From: Acidobacteriota bacterium
Lineage (GTDB): Bacteria; Acidobacteriota; Terriglobia; Bryobacterales; Bryobacteraceae
Assembly (NCBI GenBank): GCA_021813825.1
Contig: JAKAJI010000001.1
Location: forward strand, 1-48,415
Reading direction: 5' to 3'
Length of the DNA: 48,415 nt
Below are positions 26,588-35,918 of this stretch, in pieces; position 1 is the first letter of the stretch, and each line of letters begins with the position of its first letter. A program made the translations under genes and the position numbers. The notes under the pieces are model-generated. The model ran no database searches. It was given only the letters and a program-made list of their open reading frames with translations, and was not told the origin of the DNA.

Positions 26588-28452
26588 AACGGATTTCCTC
26601 TCCCAGCCGCCGATCCTTTCTCCGATCGCTCAGCCGGACAACGCTGACGCTTCCCCTTGCCGAACTGCTGGCGCTCGCCGCACCGCAGAAGCTTCCCGGC
26701 CCGATGGAGCGGGAATACAACGCCAAGGCGATGCCGCGGCCGAAGGGACCGAAATCGCCGGTGGAAGGAACACCGCTCGGCCTGCAGTTCGTCGAGGTGG
26801 CGCCGGAAGCCGGTCTTACCGCGGTGACTACTTACGGAGGCGTCGGGAAGAATAAATACCTGCTGGAGACGACGGGCTGCGGCCTGGCCTTCTACGACTA
26901 CGATCAGGACGGGTGGCTCGATCTGTTCTTTGTCAACGGTTGGCGGCTGGAAGGGTTTCCGGCGGGACGAGAGCCGCACTGCCGTTTGTTCAAGAACAAC
27001 CGCGACGGCACGTTCACGGACGTGACCGCCGGTTCCGGCCTGGAGCATCGCACCGGATGGGGCCAAGCCTGCTGCGTCGGCGACTACGACAACGACGGCA
27101 TGGATGACTTATTCGTCACTTACTACGGCCAGAACGCGCTCTACCGCAACCTTGGCAACGGTAAGTTCCGAGATGTGACGAAAGAGGCAGGTTTGCTTCA
27201 GCCGGGCCCAAAGGAACGCTGGAATACGGGCTGCACTTTTGTCGACTACGACCGCGACGGGCATCTGGATCTATTCGTGGCCAACTACGTGGATATGGAT
27301 CTGAAGACCGCTCCGCCACCGGAAGCCGGACCCTGCACTTACAAGGGCATTCTAGTGGCCTGTGGCCCGCCGGGATTGCGTGGCGGGAAGAACATCCTCT
27401 ATCACAACAACGGCAACGGCACTTTCACCGACGTGAGCCAGAAGGCGGGCATCTGGAACACGAGCGGAACTTACGGTCTGAGCGTCGCGGCATCGGATCT
27501 CGATAACGACGGCTGGCCGGATATTTATGTCGCGGACGACTCGAGCACCGCCGCCCTCTATCAGAACCAGAAGGACGGCACGTTCCGCGATATTGCGATC
27601 GAGAGCGGCGCCGCGCTTTCGCCGGAAGGGCGCCCGCAGGCGGGAATGGGTGTGGCGATCGGGGATTACAACCGCGACGGCACGCTCGACATCGTCAAGA
27701 CCAACTTCGCCGGTGACACCGATTCGCTCTACACCAACCTCGGCGACGCGACCTTCGAGGACCGCACGTATCCGAGCGGGATCGGCGTAAACACGCGTCT
27801 GCTGGGCTGGGGCGTGGGCTTCTTCGACATGGATAACGACGGCTGGCTCGACGTGCTGATGTCGAACGGGCACGTCTATCCCGAGGTTGACCGCTCGAAC
27901 ACCGACCTGAAATACGCCGAGCATAAATATCTCTACCGGAACCTGCGCAACGGGCAGTTCGAGGAAGTGACGAATCAGGGCGGCCCAGGCATTCTCGAGT
28001 CCGCGCCTGCGCGCGGCTGCGCCTTCGGCGACTACGACAACGACGGTGACATCGACATCGCCGTGAACTGCATCAACGCACGGCCGCAGTTACTTCGATG
28101 CGATTCGACCTGGAAGCGGAATTGGATCAAGATCAAGCTGGTGGGCGTAAAAACGAACCGCTCCGGCATCGGCAGCCGGGTTACGGTGACGGCGCGGAAC
28201 GATGCGAAGGCCGCCAAGGCGCTGGTGCAGGTGGATGAGTTGCGCAGCGGCGGCAGTTACTTTTCGCAGAACGATATGCGCATGCACTTTGGCCTGGATC
28301 AGGCGGAGAAAGCCGACGTTGTCGAAATCCGCTGGCTGAGCGGGCACGTGGACCGGTTGGAGAACCTCGCGGCGAACAAGCTGTACACGATCGAAGAAGG
28401 CGGACGGATCGTGAAGGCCGAGACTCTCGTGCCGGCACGGAAGAAGGCGTAG
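26584..28452 (+). CDS. CRTAC1-family protein: Tat signal, seven FG-GAP/VCBS repeats, C-terminal UnbV/ASPIC domain
   Basis: ATGA overlap with the cytochrome gene. Twin-arginine motif SRRSFLRSL. Seven D-x-D-x-DG-x-x-D repeats (DYDQDGWLD, DYDNDGMDD, DYDRDGHLD, DLDNDGWPD, DYNRDGTLD, DMDNDGWLD, DYDNDGDID). UnbV_ASPIC-like tail (RSGIGSRVTV...LRSGGSYFSQND). Confidence 0.85.
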   Translation: MKRISSPSRRSFLRSLSRTTLTLPLAELLALAAPQKLPGPMEREYNAKAMPRPKGPKSPVEGTPLGLQFVEVAPEAGLTAVTTYGGVGKNKYLLETTGCGLAFYDYDQDGWLDLFFVNGWRLEGFPAGREPHCRLFKNNRDGTFTDVTAGSGLEHRTGWGQACCVGDYDNDGMDDLFVTYYGQNALYRNLGNGKFRDVTKEAGLLQPGPKERWNTGCTFVDYDRDGHLDLFVANYVDMDLKTAPPPEAGPCTYKGILVACGPPGLRGGKNILYHNNGNGTFTDVSQKAGIWNTSGTYGLSVAASDLDNDGWPDIYVADDSSTAALYQNQKDGTFRDIAIESGAALSPEGRPQAGMGVAIGDYNRDGTLDIVKTNFAGDTDSLYTNLGDATFEDRTYPSGIGVNTRLLGWGVGFFDMDNDGWLDVLMSNGHVYPEVDRSNTDLKYAEHKYLYRNLRNGQFEEVTNQGGPGILESAPARGCAFGDYDNDGDIDIAVNCINARPQLLRCDSTWKRNWIKIKLVGVKTNRSGIGSRVTVTARNDAKAAKALVQVDELRSGGSYFSQNDMRMHFGLDQAEKADVVEIRWLSGHVDRLENLAANKLYTIEEGGRIVKAETLVPARKKA

Positions 28453-28904
28453 TGCGCTGGGCTCTGGCGCTTCTGCTGGTGCCGGCCTCGGCCGCCTTTG
28501 CCGCGGACTGCCCGTGGCTGAATACGGCGACCGCATCCGGACTGTTGGGTGGTCCTGCGACGCTGCATTACGATGGCGCGTCTGACGCCGAAAGCGGCGT
28601 CTGCGAGTTTACTCGCGCAGCGGGAAAGACCGTCGTGGCCGATCTGCGGATTGAGATCAACGCAGGGCACGCCACCCGCCAATCCCTGATCGCCGATCCG
28701 CGCCTTCGCGACGCGCACAAGAAGGAACTGCGCGGCATCGGCAACGAGGCCTGGGCCGTGCCGGCGAGCGGAGGAGGCGAGTGGGTGATCGGCCGGGTTC
28801 GCGGCACCACGTTCGCGGTTCGCGCACGGAATGGAACGGACGAGAAGGCGGCCGAGGCGGCGGCGTTGAAAGCGGGGGAACTGGTAGCAGGAAACCTATT
28901 TTGA
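28452..28904 (+). CDS. Hypothetical small secreted protein (150 aa)
   Basis: GTG start overlaps the CRTAC1 stop by 1 nt (TAGTG). Signal peptide MRWALALLLVPASAAFA. High GC3. I recognised no family. Confidence 0.55.
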   Translation: MRWALALLLVPASAAFAADCPWLNTATASGLLGGPATLHYDGASDAESGVCEFTRAAGKTVVADLRIEINAGHATRQSLIADPRLRDAHKKELRGIGNEAWAVPASGGGEWVIGRVRGTTFAVRARNGTDEKAAEAAALKAGELVAGNLF

Positions 28905-30146
28905 AGGGCCGCGCAGTTTCGCCGCGCCTTTTTCGAGCTTCTGCTGTTTCTCCTGCGCCTCGGCCTGGCGCAATTCCGCGGCCTTTGCGAAGGCGGCCGC
29001 TGAACCAGCGCGGTCTCCCTTGCGGCGCAACATCAACCCGAGCGAGTTGAACGCCCCGGCGTTGGTTGGATCGAGCGCGACGTCGTGACGCAGGGCGTCG
29101 ATCGATCCGTCGACGTCTTCGGCTTGTTGCAGAGTCGTTCCGAGGAGATACCAGGCGTCGGCGTAGCCGGGACGCGCGGCGACGGCGGCGCGCAACTCTT
29201 TCACCGCCGCGGTCGCGTCTCCGGTATCGAGGAGGGTTGTGGCGAGCGTGTAGTGCGCCTCGGCGAGCGAGGGGTCCAGCGCGACGGCGCGTTCCAGTTC
29301 CGGCCGGGCGTGCGCGGCGTCGTCGGCCTGCTTGTAGGCGACGCCGAGATCGTAGTGGGCCGAGGCGATATCCGGATGTTTGGCCAGCACCGCGGTCAAA
29401 CGCTGGATCGCCTCGTGAATTTGTCCCGCCGCAAGGCAGGCAAAGCCGGCGTTCACGGCCACGTTCACGTTGTCCGGGTCCTTAGCCAGGATCCGGCGGA
29501 ACTCGGCGAGGCCGGCTTCCGGGTTGCCGGAGCGGACCAAGGCGAGGCCGTAGTTGCTGCGCACGTCGTTGTCGGTTGGATCGATGGTAAGCGCACGGCG
29601 TAACGCGTCGCGGGCTTCGGCGTAGCGCCTCTGGTGCTCCAGGGCGTTGCCGAACGTAGTCCAGGCATCCTTGCTTTGCGGCAGACTTGAGGCGGCCTTG
29701 CGCAACTGGGCGATTCCTTCGTCAACATGGCCAGTATCGGTGAGCGCGGCGCCAAGCCGGAAACGGTATTCCGCATTGGCGGGCTGAAGGGCCACCGCCC
29801 GTTTCATTGCCGCCAGCGCCTCGTTCTGTTTCCCGGAGAGCCATAGGGCAACACCGAGGTGGTACCAGGCGGTGTCCATGGACGGCTTCAGCTTCACGGC
29901 ACGTTGGAAAAATGGGATGGCTTCGCCCGCGCGGTTGGCGGCAGCGAGCAGAAATCCGGCTTCATCCTGAAAATCGGCGCGGTCCGGCGCCTGCCGGGCC
30001 AGTTCCTGGTAATCGGCGAGCGCACCGGCCAGGTCGCGCGCAGCCAGACGCTGCCTCGCCTCGATTTCCCGTTGCGTAAGCGAGGCGGGCGTCTGGGCGG
30101 CTAACAGGCTGACCGCGACAACGGCCAAGGCAAACCAACGCGGCAC
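28896..30146 (-). CDS. Exported tetratricopeptide-repeat protein
   Basis: Signal peptide MPRWFALAVVAVSLLAAQ followed by about ten 34-aa TPR units (A-x-x-x-Y/F...A-x-x-x-P pattern). The stop overlaps the convergent 28452-28904 gene by 9 nt. Confidence 0.8.
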   Translation of the reverse strand: MPRWFALAVVAVSLLAAQTPASLTQREIEARQRLAARDLAGALADYQELARQAPDRADFQDEAGFLLAAANRAGEAIPFFQRAVKLKPSMDTAWYHLGVALWLSGKQNEALAAMKRAVALQPANAEYRFRLGAALTDTGHVDEGIAQLRKAASSLPQSKDAWTTFGNALEHQRRYAEARDALRRALTIDPTDNDVRSNYGLALVRSGNPEAGLAEFRRILAKDPDNVNVAVNAGFACLAAGQIHEAIQRLTAVLAKHPDIASAHYDLGVAYKQADDAAHARPELERAVALDPSLAEAHYTLATTLLDTGDATAAVKELRAAVAARPGYADAWYLLGTTLQQAEDVDGSIDALRHDVALDPTNAGAFNSLGLMLRRKGDRAGSAAAFAKAAELRQAEAQEKQQKLEKGAAKLRGPSK

Positions 30147-30169
30147 GCTTCATTATAGCGGCGGCGTTG

Positions 30170-31246
30170 TTAGTTCCCGTTGCCGAGCACCTGGTCGGTT
30201 GTATCGGCCGTCAGCGTTCCGAACAGCCCATCGAATCCGGCCGTGAAGTAGAGCGAGTTGGCCGGGCCGGACTTCTCGTTGCCTGCTCCGAAGCTAAGTG
30301 CCCAGAGGGCTGGAATGGTGATTGGATTGCCGGAAGAGTCCTCCATCATACCGTCCATGTTCCCGGTGGTGATGTTATAGGCCGTAATCTGGCCGCTTCC
30401 GAACTCGCCTACCAGCAGGTCATGGCTGAACATCCCGAAGTCACCCGGAGCAAGCACCAGCCCCCAAGGTGCGTTCATCCAAGGTCCGGACTGGAAGCGC
30501 TTAACAAGTTGGCCCTGCGGCGTGAACGCGGCGACGAAGCCTGTGCTTGGACCTGTAACAACGAATCCCGTCGAATTTTGCCGCGCGAACGCGATATAGA
30601 GAGTGTTACCGATATTTTGGATGTTAAATGGGGAGTAACCTAAGACGCGATCGGGATAGTTTGTGAACCAGGCGTCAGTGATACCGGGCTCGGTGTAGGA
30701 CAGAGCGTTGAACTTTGAATCGTAAACGTCGATCTTAGCGTGGGCGAAGTCGGCGGCGTACAGATAATACTGTCCGCCAAAACTCGCTATTGCCAAACCG
30801 TAATAAGCGGCGCCCGGATTATTCACGACGATTGTCGCGCTTGTGGCGCCAGGCGCCCAACCGGTGATCATTCCCGTCGAGGAGGCGAACAGGAACACGG
30901 CCGGCTTTCCGTCGGGCAATGCGAACGCACCCGTTCCGTTATAGACGGTAGCGATCGGAGAGCCACCCGGAATCGCCACAACGAGGGGAATGATTGTTCC
31001 GGTCCCGTCGTACAAGGTAGAGAGGCCGCTACCTCTGTCGGCTACCCACCATGGGCTGGTGGACGAGCGCGAGAGGCCCCAGGGTACTTTCAGATTCGGG
31101 TCGTTCACGGGCGCCTTGCCAGGTACGCCGGAGGAAAGATTTGTTTGCGTATAGTGCTGAGCTGGAAGAGTCACGGCAGCCAGCAGGGCCAAGAGCAACG
31201 TCCGCGCTGCTACGCGCGAAGGAGGACACAGCAGTCGAGACATCAT
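30170..31246 (-). CDS. TIGR03118-like secreted beta-propeller family protein
   Basis: Signal peptide, then YTQTNLSSGVPGKAPVNDPNLKVPWGLSRSSTSPWWVADRGSGLSTLYDG. This matches my recollection of the TIGR03118 N-terminal signature. There is no PEP-CTERM tail. Confidence 0.6.
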   Translation of the reverse strand: MMSRLLCPPSRVAARTLLLALLAAVTLPAQHYTQTNLSSGVPGKAPVNDPNLKVPWGLSRSSTSPWWVADRGSGLSTLYDGTGTIIPLVVAIPGGSPIATVYNGTGAFALPDGKPAVFLFASSTGMITGWAPGATSATIVVNNPGAAYYGLAIASFGGQYYLYAADFAHAKIDVYDSKFNALSYTEPGITDAWFTNYPDRVLGYSPFNIQNIGNTLYIAFARQNSTGFVVTGPSTGFVAAFTPQGQLVKRFQSGPWMNAPWGLVLAPGDFGMFSHDLLVGEFGSGQITAYNITTGNMDGMMEDSSGNPITIPALWALSFGAGNEKSGPANSLYFTAGFDGLFGTLTADTTDQVLGNGN

Positions 31247-31351
31247 GGTTCGACCCTTTCTTTGGGGAAATAACGACCATGAGACGCTGCTATGTGGCGC
31301 GGAAGTTACAGATTTTTACGTTAAACTTACTCGTCGAGTTATTCGCTTGCC

Positions 31352-32494
31352 TTATTGGGCCTTAGTTTGTGAGCCGCTGATCTTCTCTATCAGGTTTTCG
31401 TGCCGGGCTTCGTGGAGTTTCGTGACGACGGCGAGTTGCGCTTTCGCCTCGTCCTCGCGGCCCTCGGACCGGTAGAGGCGGGCGAGCCGGTAATGAGCAT
31501 CCGCGTCGTCGGGGGCGAGCGCGATGGCTCGCTCGAACTGCTTTCGCGCAGTGACGTTCCGGCGTGCTTCGGCGTCAAGGATGCCGAGATCGAGGTGCGC
31601 AATCCAGATGGAGTCATCGAGGGACGCAGCCTGCTCGAGCATAGTCCGGGCCGCTGGATCGCGGGAGCGGAGGAGCACGTCGCCTAGATACGCCAGCGCC
31701 TCTGCGTGATGTGGCGCCGACGCCAACTCTTGGCGGAACTCGGAGGCTGCATCGTCATACCGCTTGTCGCGCCAGGCGATGTAGCCGATGCCGAAGTGCG
31801 CATTGGGAACATAACCGTGGGCGAGGGCGGCGTGAAGTTCCGCGACCGCGTCCGTCGTCCGGTTGAGAGAGTCGTCGGCCTGCGCAAGAAGCATATGAAC
31901 CCCGGGGGAATCGGGATTCCGGCGGAGCATGAGTTCGAACTCCGCCTTGGCTTTGGTGAACTTGCGGCTATAGAGGTAACTTTCGGCCAGCGCTTCGAGT
32001 AACTCGGAATTATCCGGGGAAACAGCGGCGAGTTTTTCGAGGTGGGGGATCGCGGCGGGATATTGATGGGCTCCGTAGAGGCTGAGCGCGAGCAAGCCCT
32101 CGGCCTGTGTGTTTCCGGGAATTTTGGCCGGCGTCTGAAAGGCAGCGGCGGCGTGGGCGAAATCGCCCTGTTTGAAGTAGGCGATGCCGAGATCCATTTG
32201 CGTCGCCGTTGCGGCGGGATTGAGGCGAAGCGCTTTGCGGTAAGCCGCGACGGCCTCGGGGTAGCGCTGCTGGTGGGCCAGGGCGACGCCTAAGTCGGTC
32301 CAGAGCCGGTAGTCCGCGGGCGAGGCCTCCGCCAGGGTTCGCCAGGCGGAGACGGCCTCAGCCCAGTCGCCGCGCTGTTCGAGCGCGCGGGCCTGTTCGG
32401 GAGAAACGGCAGGCGCCGCAGCACTCAACGAGAGCACCGCGGCGAGGAGGATTCCGAGAGTGTATCCGCGGCCCATAGGAGCCGATTGTGTCAC
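31352..32494 (-). CDS. Exported tetratricopeptide-repeat protein
   Basis: Signal-like GILLAAVLSLSAAAP followed by TPR units throughout. The start is ambiguous (GTG 32494 or ATG 32476). Confidence 0.8.
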   Translation of the reverse strand: MTQSAPMGRGYTLGILLAAVLSLSAAAPAVSPEQARALEQRGDWAEAVSAWRTLAEASPADYRLWTDLGVALAHQQRYPEAVAAYRKALRLNPAATATQMDLGIAYFKQGDFAHAAAAFQTPAKIPGNTQAEGLLALSLYGAHQYPAAIPHLEKLAAVSPDNSELLEALAESYLYSRKFTKAKAEFELMLRRNPDSPGVHMLLAQADDSLNRTTDAVAELHAALAHGYVPNAHFGIGYIAWRDKRYDDAASEFRQELASAPHHAEALAYLGDVLLRSRDPAARTMLEQAASLDDSIWIAHLDLGILDAEARRNVTARKQFERAIALAPDDADAHYRLARLYRSEGREDEAKAQLAVVTKLHEARHENLIEKISGSQTKAQ

Positions 32495-32537
32495 GTGCGC
32501 GGCCCGGCGGGGGTGTCGGCGCGGGCCGCGCGTACGT

Positions 32538-35500
32538 TCAGAACAGGAACTTGGCGCCGATCTGCAATACGCGCGGATCGAAAACCGAAGTTACCTGACC
32601 GAAATTTGCGTTACCGAAGGTTGTGGCGACGCCGTTGAACTGCGTGTGGTTGAAGGTGTTGTAAGACTCCACGCGAAGTTCGAATGCGCTACCCTCGCGC
32701 CACGGTAGAGCGAACGACTTGAACAGGGCGATATTGTAGTTTGCGCGTCCCGGTCCGGTTACCGCATCGCGGCCGACGGAGCCGAACGTGAGCGGTGCCG
32801 GCTTGGCGAAGGTACTGGTGCTGAACCATTGGTTGACGGTTGCCGGGTAGGTTAACGGGCCGATGGCGTTCGGACGCGCGGTGGTTCCGCCGCCCAAGCC
32901 GAGGTTGTCGTAAGACAGGGTGATGTTGAGCGGCGTGCCGGTCTCGAAGGTCGTGATGCCGGAAATTGACCATCCGCCGAGCAGCGCGTGGGTGAAGGCA
33001 TGACTGGTGTTCTTGAAAAACGGGAGGTCGTAGTTGTAGCTGAAGATCGCGATCTGCGTGCGGTTAAACGCGCCCGGGCCGTAGTCGTAGGCGCGGTTGT
33101 AAGGATCGGAAACCGTGGACAGGTCGCCTGTGGTGTAGTCGAGTTCCCGGGACCAGGTGTAGGCAGCCTGCAGCATCAGCCCGTGCCAGTCCTGCACGTT
33201 GAAGCTGACCTGTAAGGAGTTGTAGTTCGAGCCGGTGGCGGCTTCCGTCATCATGATGTTTGCGAAGCCGGGATACAGGCGGTCAAAGTTTGCGTTGTAG
33301 GCGGCGCCGGTGTAGCCGCAGTTTCCACCGCAGATGGCGAGCCGGTTGGGGTCGTTGAGCGGAACGGGGTTGATGTTGCGGACGTCGGGTTGATGGTAAT
33401 TCGAGTCGCCCACATAGCCGATCGTAAACACCGTGCGCGCCGACAACTGCTGCTGGATTTGAAAGCTGTACTGCATGGCGGTGGGCAGTTGATAGTCGCT
33501 GTAGGCCAGGGCGGTAAAGCTCGACGGGAAAGTCGGAACCGTGGCCTTCTGTCCGTTGACGTTGCTGATAGCGGGATTTGAGAAGTACACGTTATTCGTG
33601 CTTGGGTTAAACGAGAAGGGCGGGTTCGGGCCCATGTTATAGACGTCGTTCCCCTGGATGCGCTCGTAGAACATGCCGAACCCGCCGCGGACGATCGTTC
33701 TCTGGTTACCGAACAGGTCGTAAGCAAAGCCGACGCGAGGTGCGAAATTGTTCCAGGAGTTCTGAACCAGGCCCATCGGAATGCCGTTCTTGCCTGCGAG
33801 GCCAACGCCGTTCAGGTAGAACGGAACGCTCGAGAGGAGGATGCCCGGGACGGTTTGGAAGCCGGGGCCGGTGTTGTTCAAGCTGCCGTTGGAGTTGAAC
33901 TGCGGCCGGTTGGCGGGGTTATAGAGGTTGGGGTAGAAATCCGACAAGCGGCCGTTCTGGTCGTAGGCGTGCGGCACACCTTCCCAACGCATGCCTAAGT
34001 TAAGGGTTAGGCGGCTGTTCACACGCCAGTCGTCCTGAGCGTAGACGTTGAAGGTGTTGGTGTAGATATCCACCGCGTCCTGAATGTCAAGTTGGGTGTA
34101 ACTGGCAGCGTAACCCAACAGGAAGTCCGAGAAAGCGTTGCCGCTGAACTGCCCGTTGAAGCCGTAGTTGCCGTTGGTGTTGCCGAAGATGTCCTGGTGT
34201 TTCCAGGTACCCATCCAGGAACCGCCAAATTTCAGGTTGTGTTTGCCCTTGGTCCAGGATAAGTCGTCGCGAAGCTGGTGGCTGTTGAAGTAGTTATTCC
34301 AGGGCCAGGATGCTGTGTCGTAGTTGACGCCGTACGGAGTGCCGAGGTCGATGGTCGGGATGCGGTTGTCGCGATTATTGGCGGCCGGGAAGTAGGATTG
34401 CACACCGTATCCGGAGGGCTGCTTGTAAATGCCGGTGGGCGTCAGGTGAAGCTGGTTGCCGTTGAAGTTATAAGCGACCTCGTTCAACAGCGTAGGGCTG
34501 ATCGTATCGGTGAGGTGCACGACGGCGCTATACGAAGGGGCGCCGAGGGTGGTGCCGATGGTCGGGTAGGTGTCGCCGCTCCAGAGGCTGGTGGCGTAGC
34601 CGCTGTTGGAGGTGTCCCAGATCAGGTGGCCCATCAAAGCCAGCTTGTCGTTGATCTGGTGGTCGATGCGGACGATTTCCTCGCGCAGGTCGGTCGGCAC
34701 GGCGGCGGCGGACGAGTAGTGGTTCCCGGCCGCGTTGGCCGCGGGGAAGATGCCGGTTTTCAGCAGCAGGGCGACGTTGGGGTCGATCAGGCCGGAAGGG
34801 ATCTGGTTGTTCGGAAAGGGCTGACCGGGGGTGAGACCGAACTGGTTGAATTTCGCGATGGCGGCCGGGTCGCTGGTCTGCGGTACGTGGATGGGCGCCG
34901 CGCCGGCGAAGTTGCCGGTGAACTCCGCGCCGGGAATGCCGTTGACGTAAATTTCGTTGCCCTGGATCAGGCGGCGCCACTCCTGGTTGTAGAAGAAGAA
35001 CGTTTTACTGTTCTTCTTGTCGTAGAGGTGAGGGAAGAAGACGGGCCCGCCGAGGTTGAAGCCGAACGCGTTGTAGCGAAGTTCCGGTGGCTTGGCGCCG
35101 GTTAGATTGGAGAAGTAGTTGTTTGCGTCGTAGGCGTCGTTGCGGTTGAATTCCCAGGCCGCGCCGTGGAACTGGCGTGTGCCGCTCTTCAGGGCGATGG
35201 AAATGGTGCCGCCGGAGGCCTGACCGAAATCCGCGCTGTAGTTGCTGGCCAGGACTTTGAATTCCGAGAGGGCGTCCGGGGAGGGGCTCACAATCATGCC
35301 ACCGCCGCTGCCACGGTCGTAGTCTTCACCGCCGTCGATCATCCACACATTGTGCTGCGGTCGCTGCCCGTTGAAGCTGATGTTGTTGTTGCTGGCCAGG
35401 GCGGTCGGAGCGTTGAAGTCCGGAAGGCTGCTGGCGGCGCCGGGCATCAGCGTGGCTAGTTGCACCGGGTTGCGGCCGTTGGTGTCGATCTGGGCGATCT

Positions 35501-35918
35501 GGGTGCCGGTGATGACGGAGCTTACTTCGTTCGTGTCCGACTGCACCTGGACGGCATTCGCTTCTACGGTTACGCTCTGGGTCGACGAGCCGACCTGCAT
35601 GCCGATGTCGACGCGCACCGTGGCCGCCACATCAAGAACGATCCCCGTCTTCGAGAATGTTTTGAATCCCGACGTATCGGCCTTCAAGTCGTAACGACCG
35701 ATGGGCAGGTCCGGCGCATTGTAGTTGCCGGAGCTGTTACTTATGACTGAGCGGGTGAGTCCGGTAGCCGTATTCGTGATCGTGATCTGGACGTTCGGCA
35801 TGACCGCCCCACTGGCGTCGGTGACAGTGCCGAGGACCGTTGCTGTGGACTGGCCGAATGCCAAGCCCCCTAACGCCCCGGCGAGGCCCAACAGGGCCGT
35901 CAACTTGAAAAGCTTCAT
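32538..35918 (-). CDS. Giant TonB-dependent receptor with N-terminal carboxypeptidase-regulatory-like domain
   Basis: Signal peptide MKLFKLTALLGLAGALGGLAFGQ. CarboxypepD_reg-type fold (VLGTVTDASGAVMPNVQITITNTATG...GNYNAPDLPIGRYDL). Plug region and long barrel. Canonical C-terminal ...LQIGAKFLF. Confidence 0.9.
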   Translation of the reverse strand: MKLFKLTALLGLAGALGGLAFGQSTATVLGTVTDASGAVMPNVQITITNTATGLTRSVISNSSGNYNAPDLPIGRYDLKADTSGFKTFSKTGIVLDVAATVRVDIGMQVGSSTQSVTVEANAVQVQSDTNEVSSVITGTQIAQIDTNGRNPVQLATLMPGAASSLPDFNAPTALASNNNISFNGQRPQHNVWMIDGGEDYDRGSGGGMIVSPSPDALSEFKVLASNYSADFGQASGGTISIALKSGTRQFHGAAWEFNRNDAYDANNYFSNLTGAKPPELRYNAFGFNLGGPVFFPHLYDKKNSKTFFFYNQEWRRLIQGNEIYVNGIPGAEFTGNFAGAAPIHVPQTSDPAAIAKFNQFGLTPGQPFPNNQIPSGLIDPNVALLLKTGIFPAANAAGNHYSSAAAVPTDLREEIVRIDHQINDKLALMGHLIWDTSNSGYATSLWSGDTYPTIGTTLGAPSYSAVVHLTDTISPTLLNEVAYNFNGNQLHLTPTGIYKQPSGYGVQSYFPAANNRDNRIPTIDLGTPYGVNYDTASWPWNNYFNSHQLRDDLSWTKGKHNLKFGGSWMGTWKHQDIFGNTNGNYGFNGQFSGNAFSDFLLGYAASYTQLDIQDAVDIYTNTFNVYAQDDWRVNSRLTLNLGMRWEGVPHAYDQNGRLSDFYPNLYNPANRPQFNSNGSLNNTGPGFQTVPGILLSSVPFYLNGVGLAGKNGIPMGLVQNSWNNFAPRVGFAYDLFGNQRTIVRGGFGMFYERIQGNDVYNMGPNPPFSFNPSTNNVYFSNPAISNVNGQKATVPTFPSSFTALAYSDYQLPTAMQYSFQIQQQLSARTVFTIGYVGDSNYHQPDVRNINPVPLNDPNRLAICGGNCGYTGAAYNANFDRLYPGFANIMMTEAATGSNYNSLQVSFNVQDWHGLMLQAAYTWSRELDYTTGDLSTVSDPYNRAYDYGPGAFNRTQIAIFSYNYDLPFFKNTSHAFTHALLGGWSISGITTFETGTPLNITLSYDNLGLGGGTTARPNAIGPLTYPATVNQWFSTSTFAKPAPLTFGSVGRDAVTGPGRANYNIALFKSFALPWREGSAFELRVESYNTFNHTQFNGVATTFGNANFGQVTSVFDPRVLQIGAKFLF

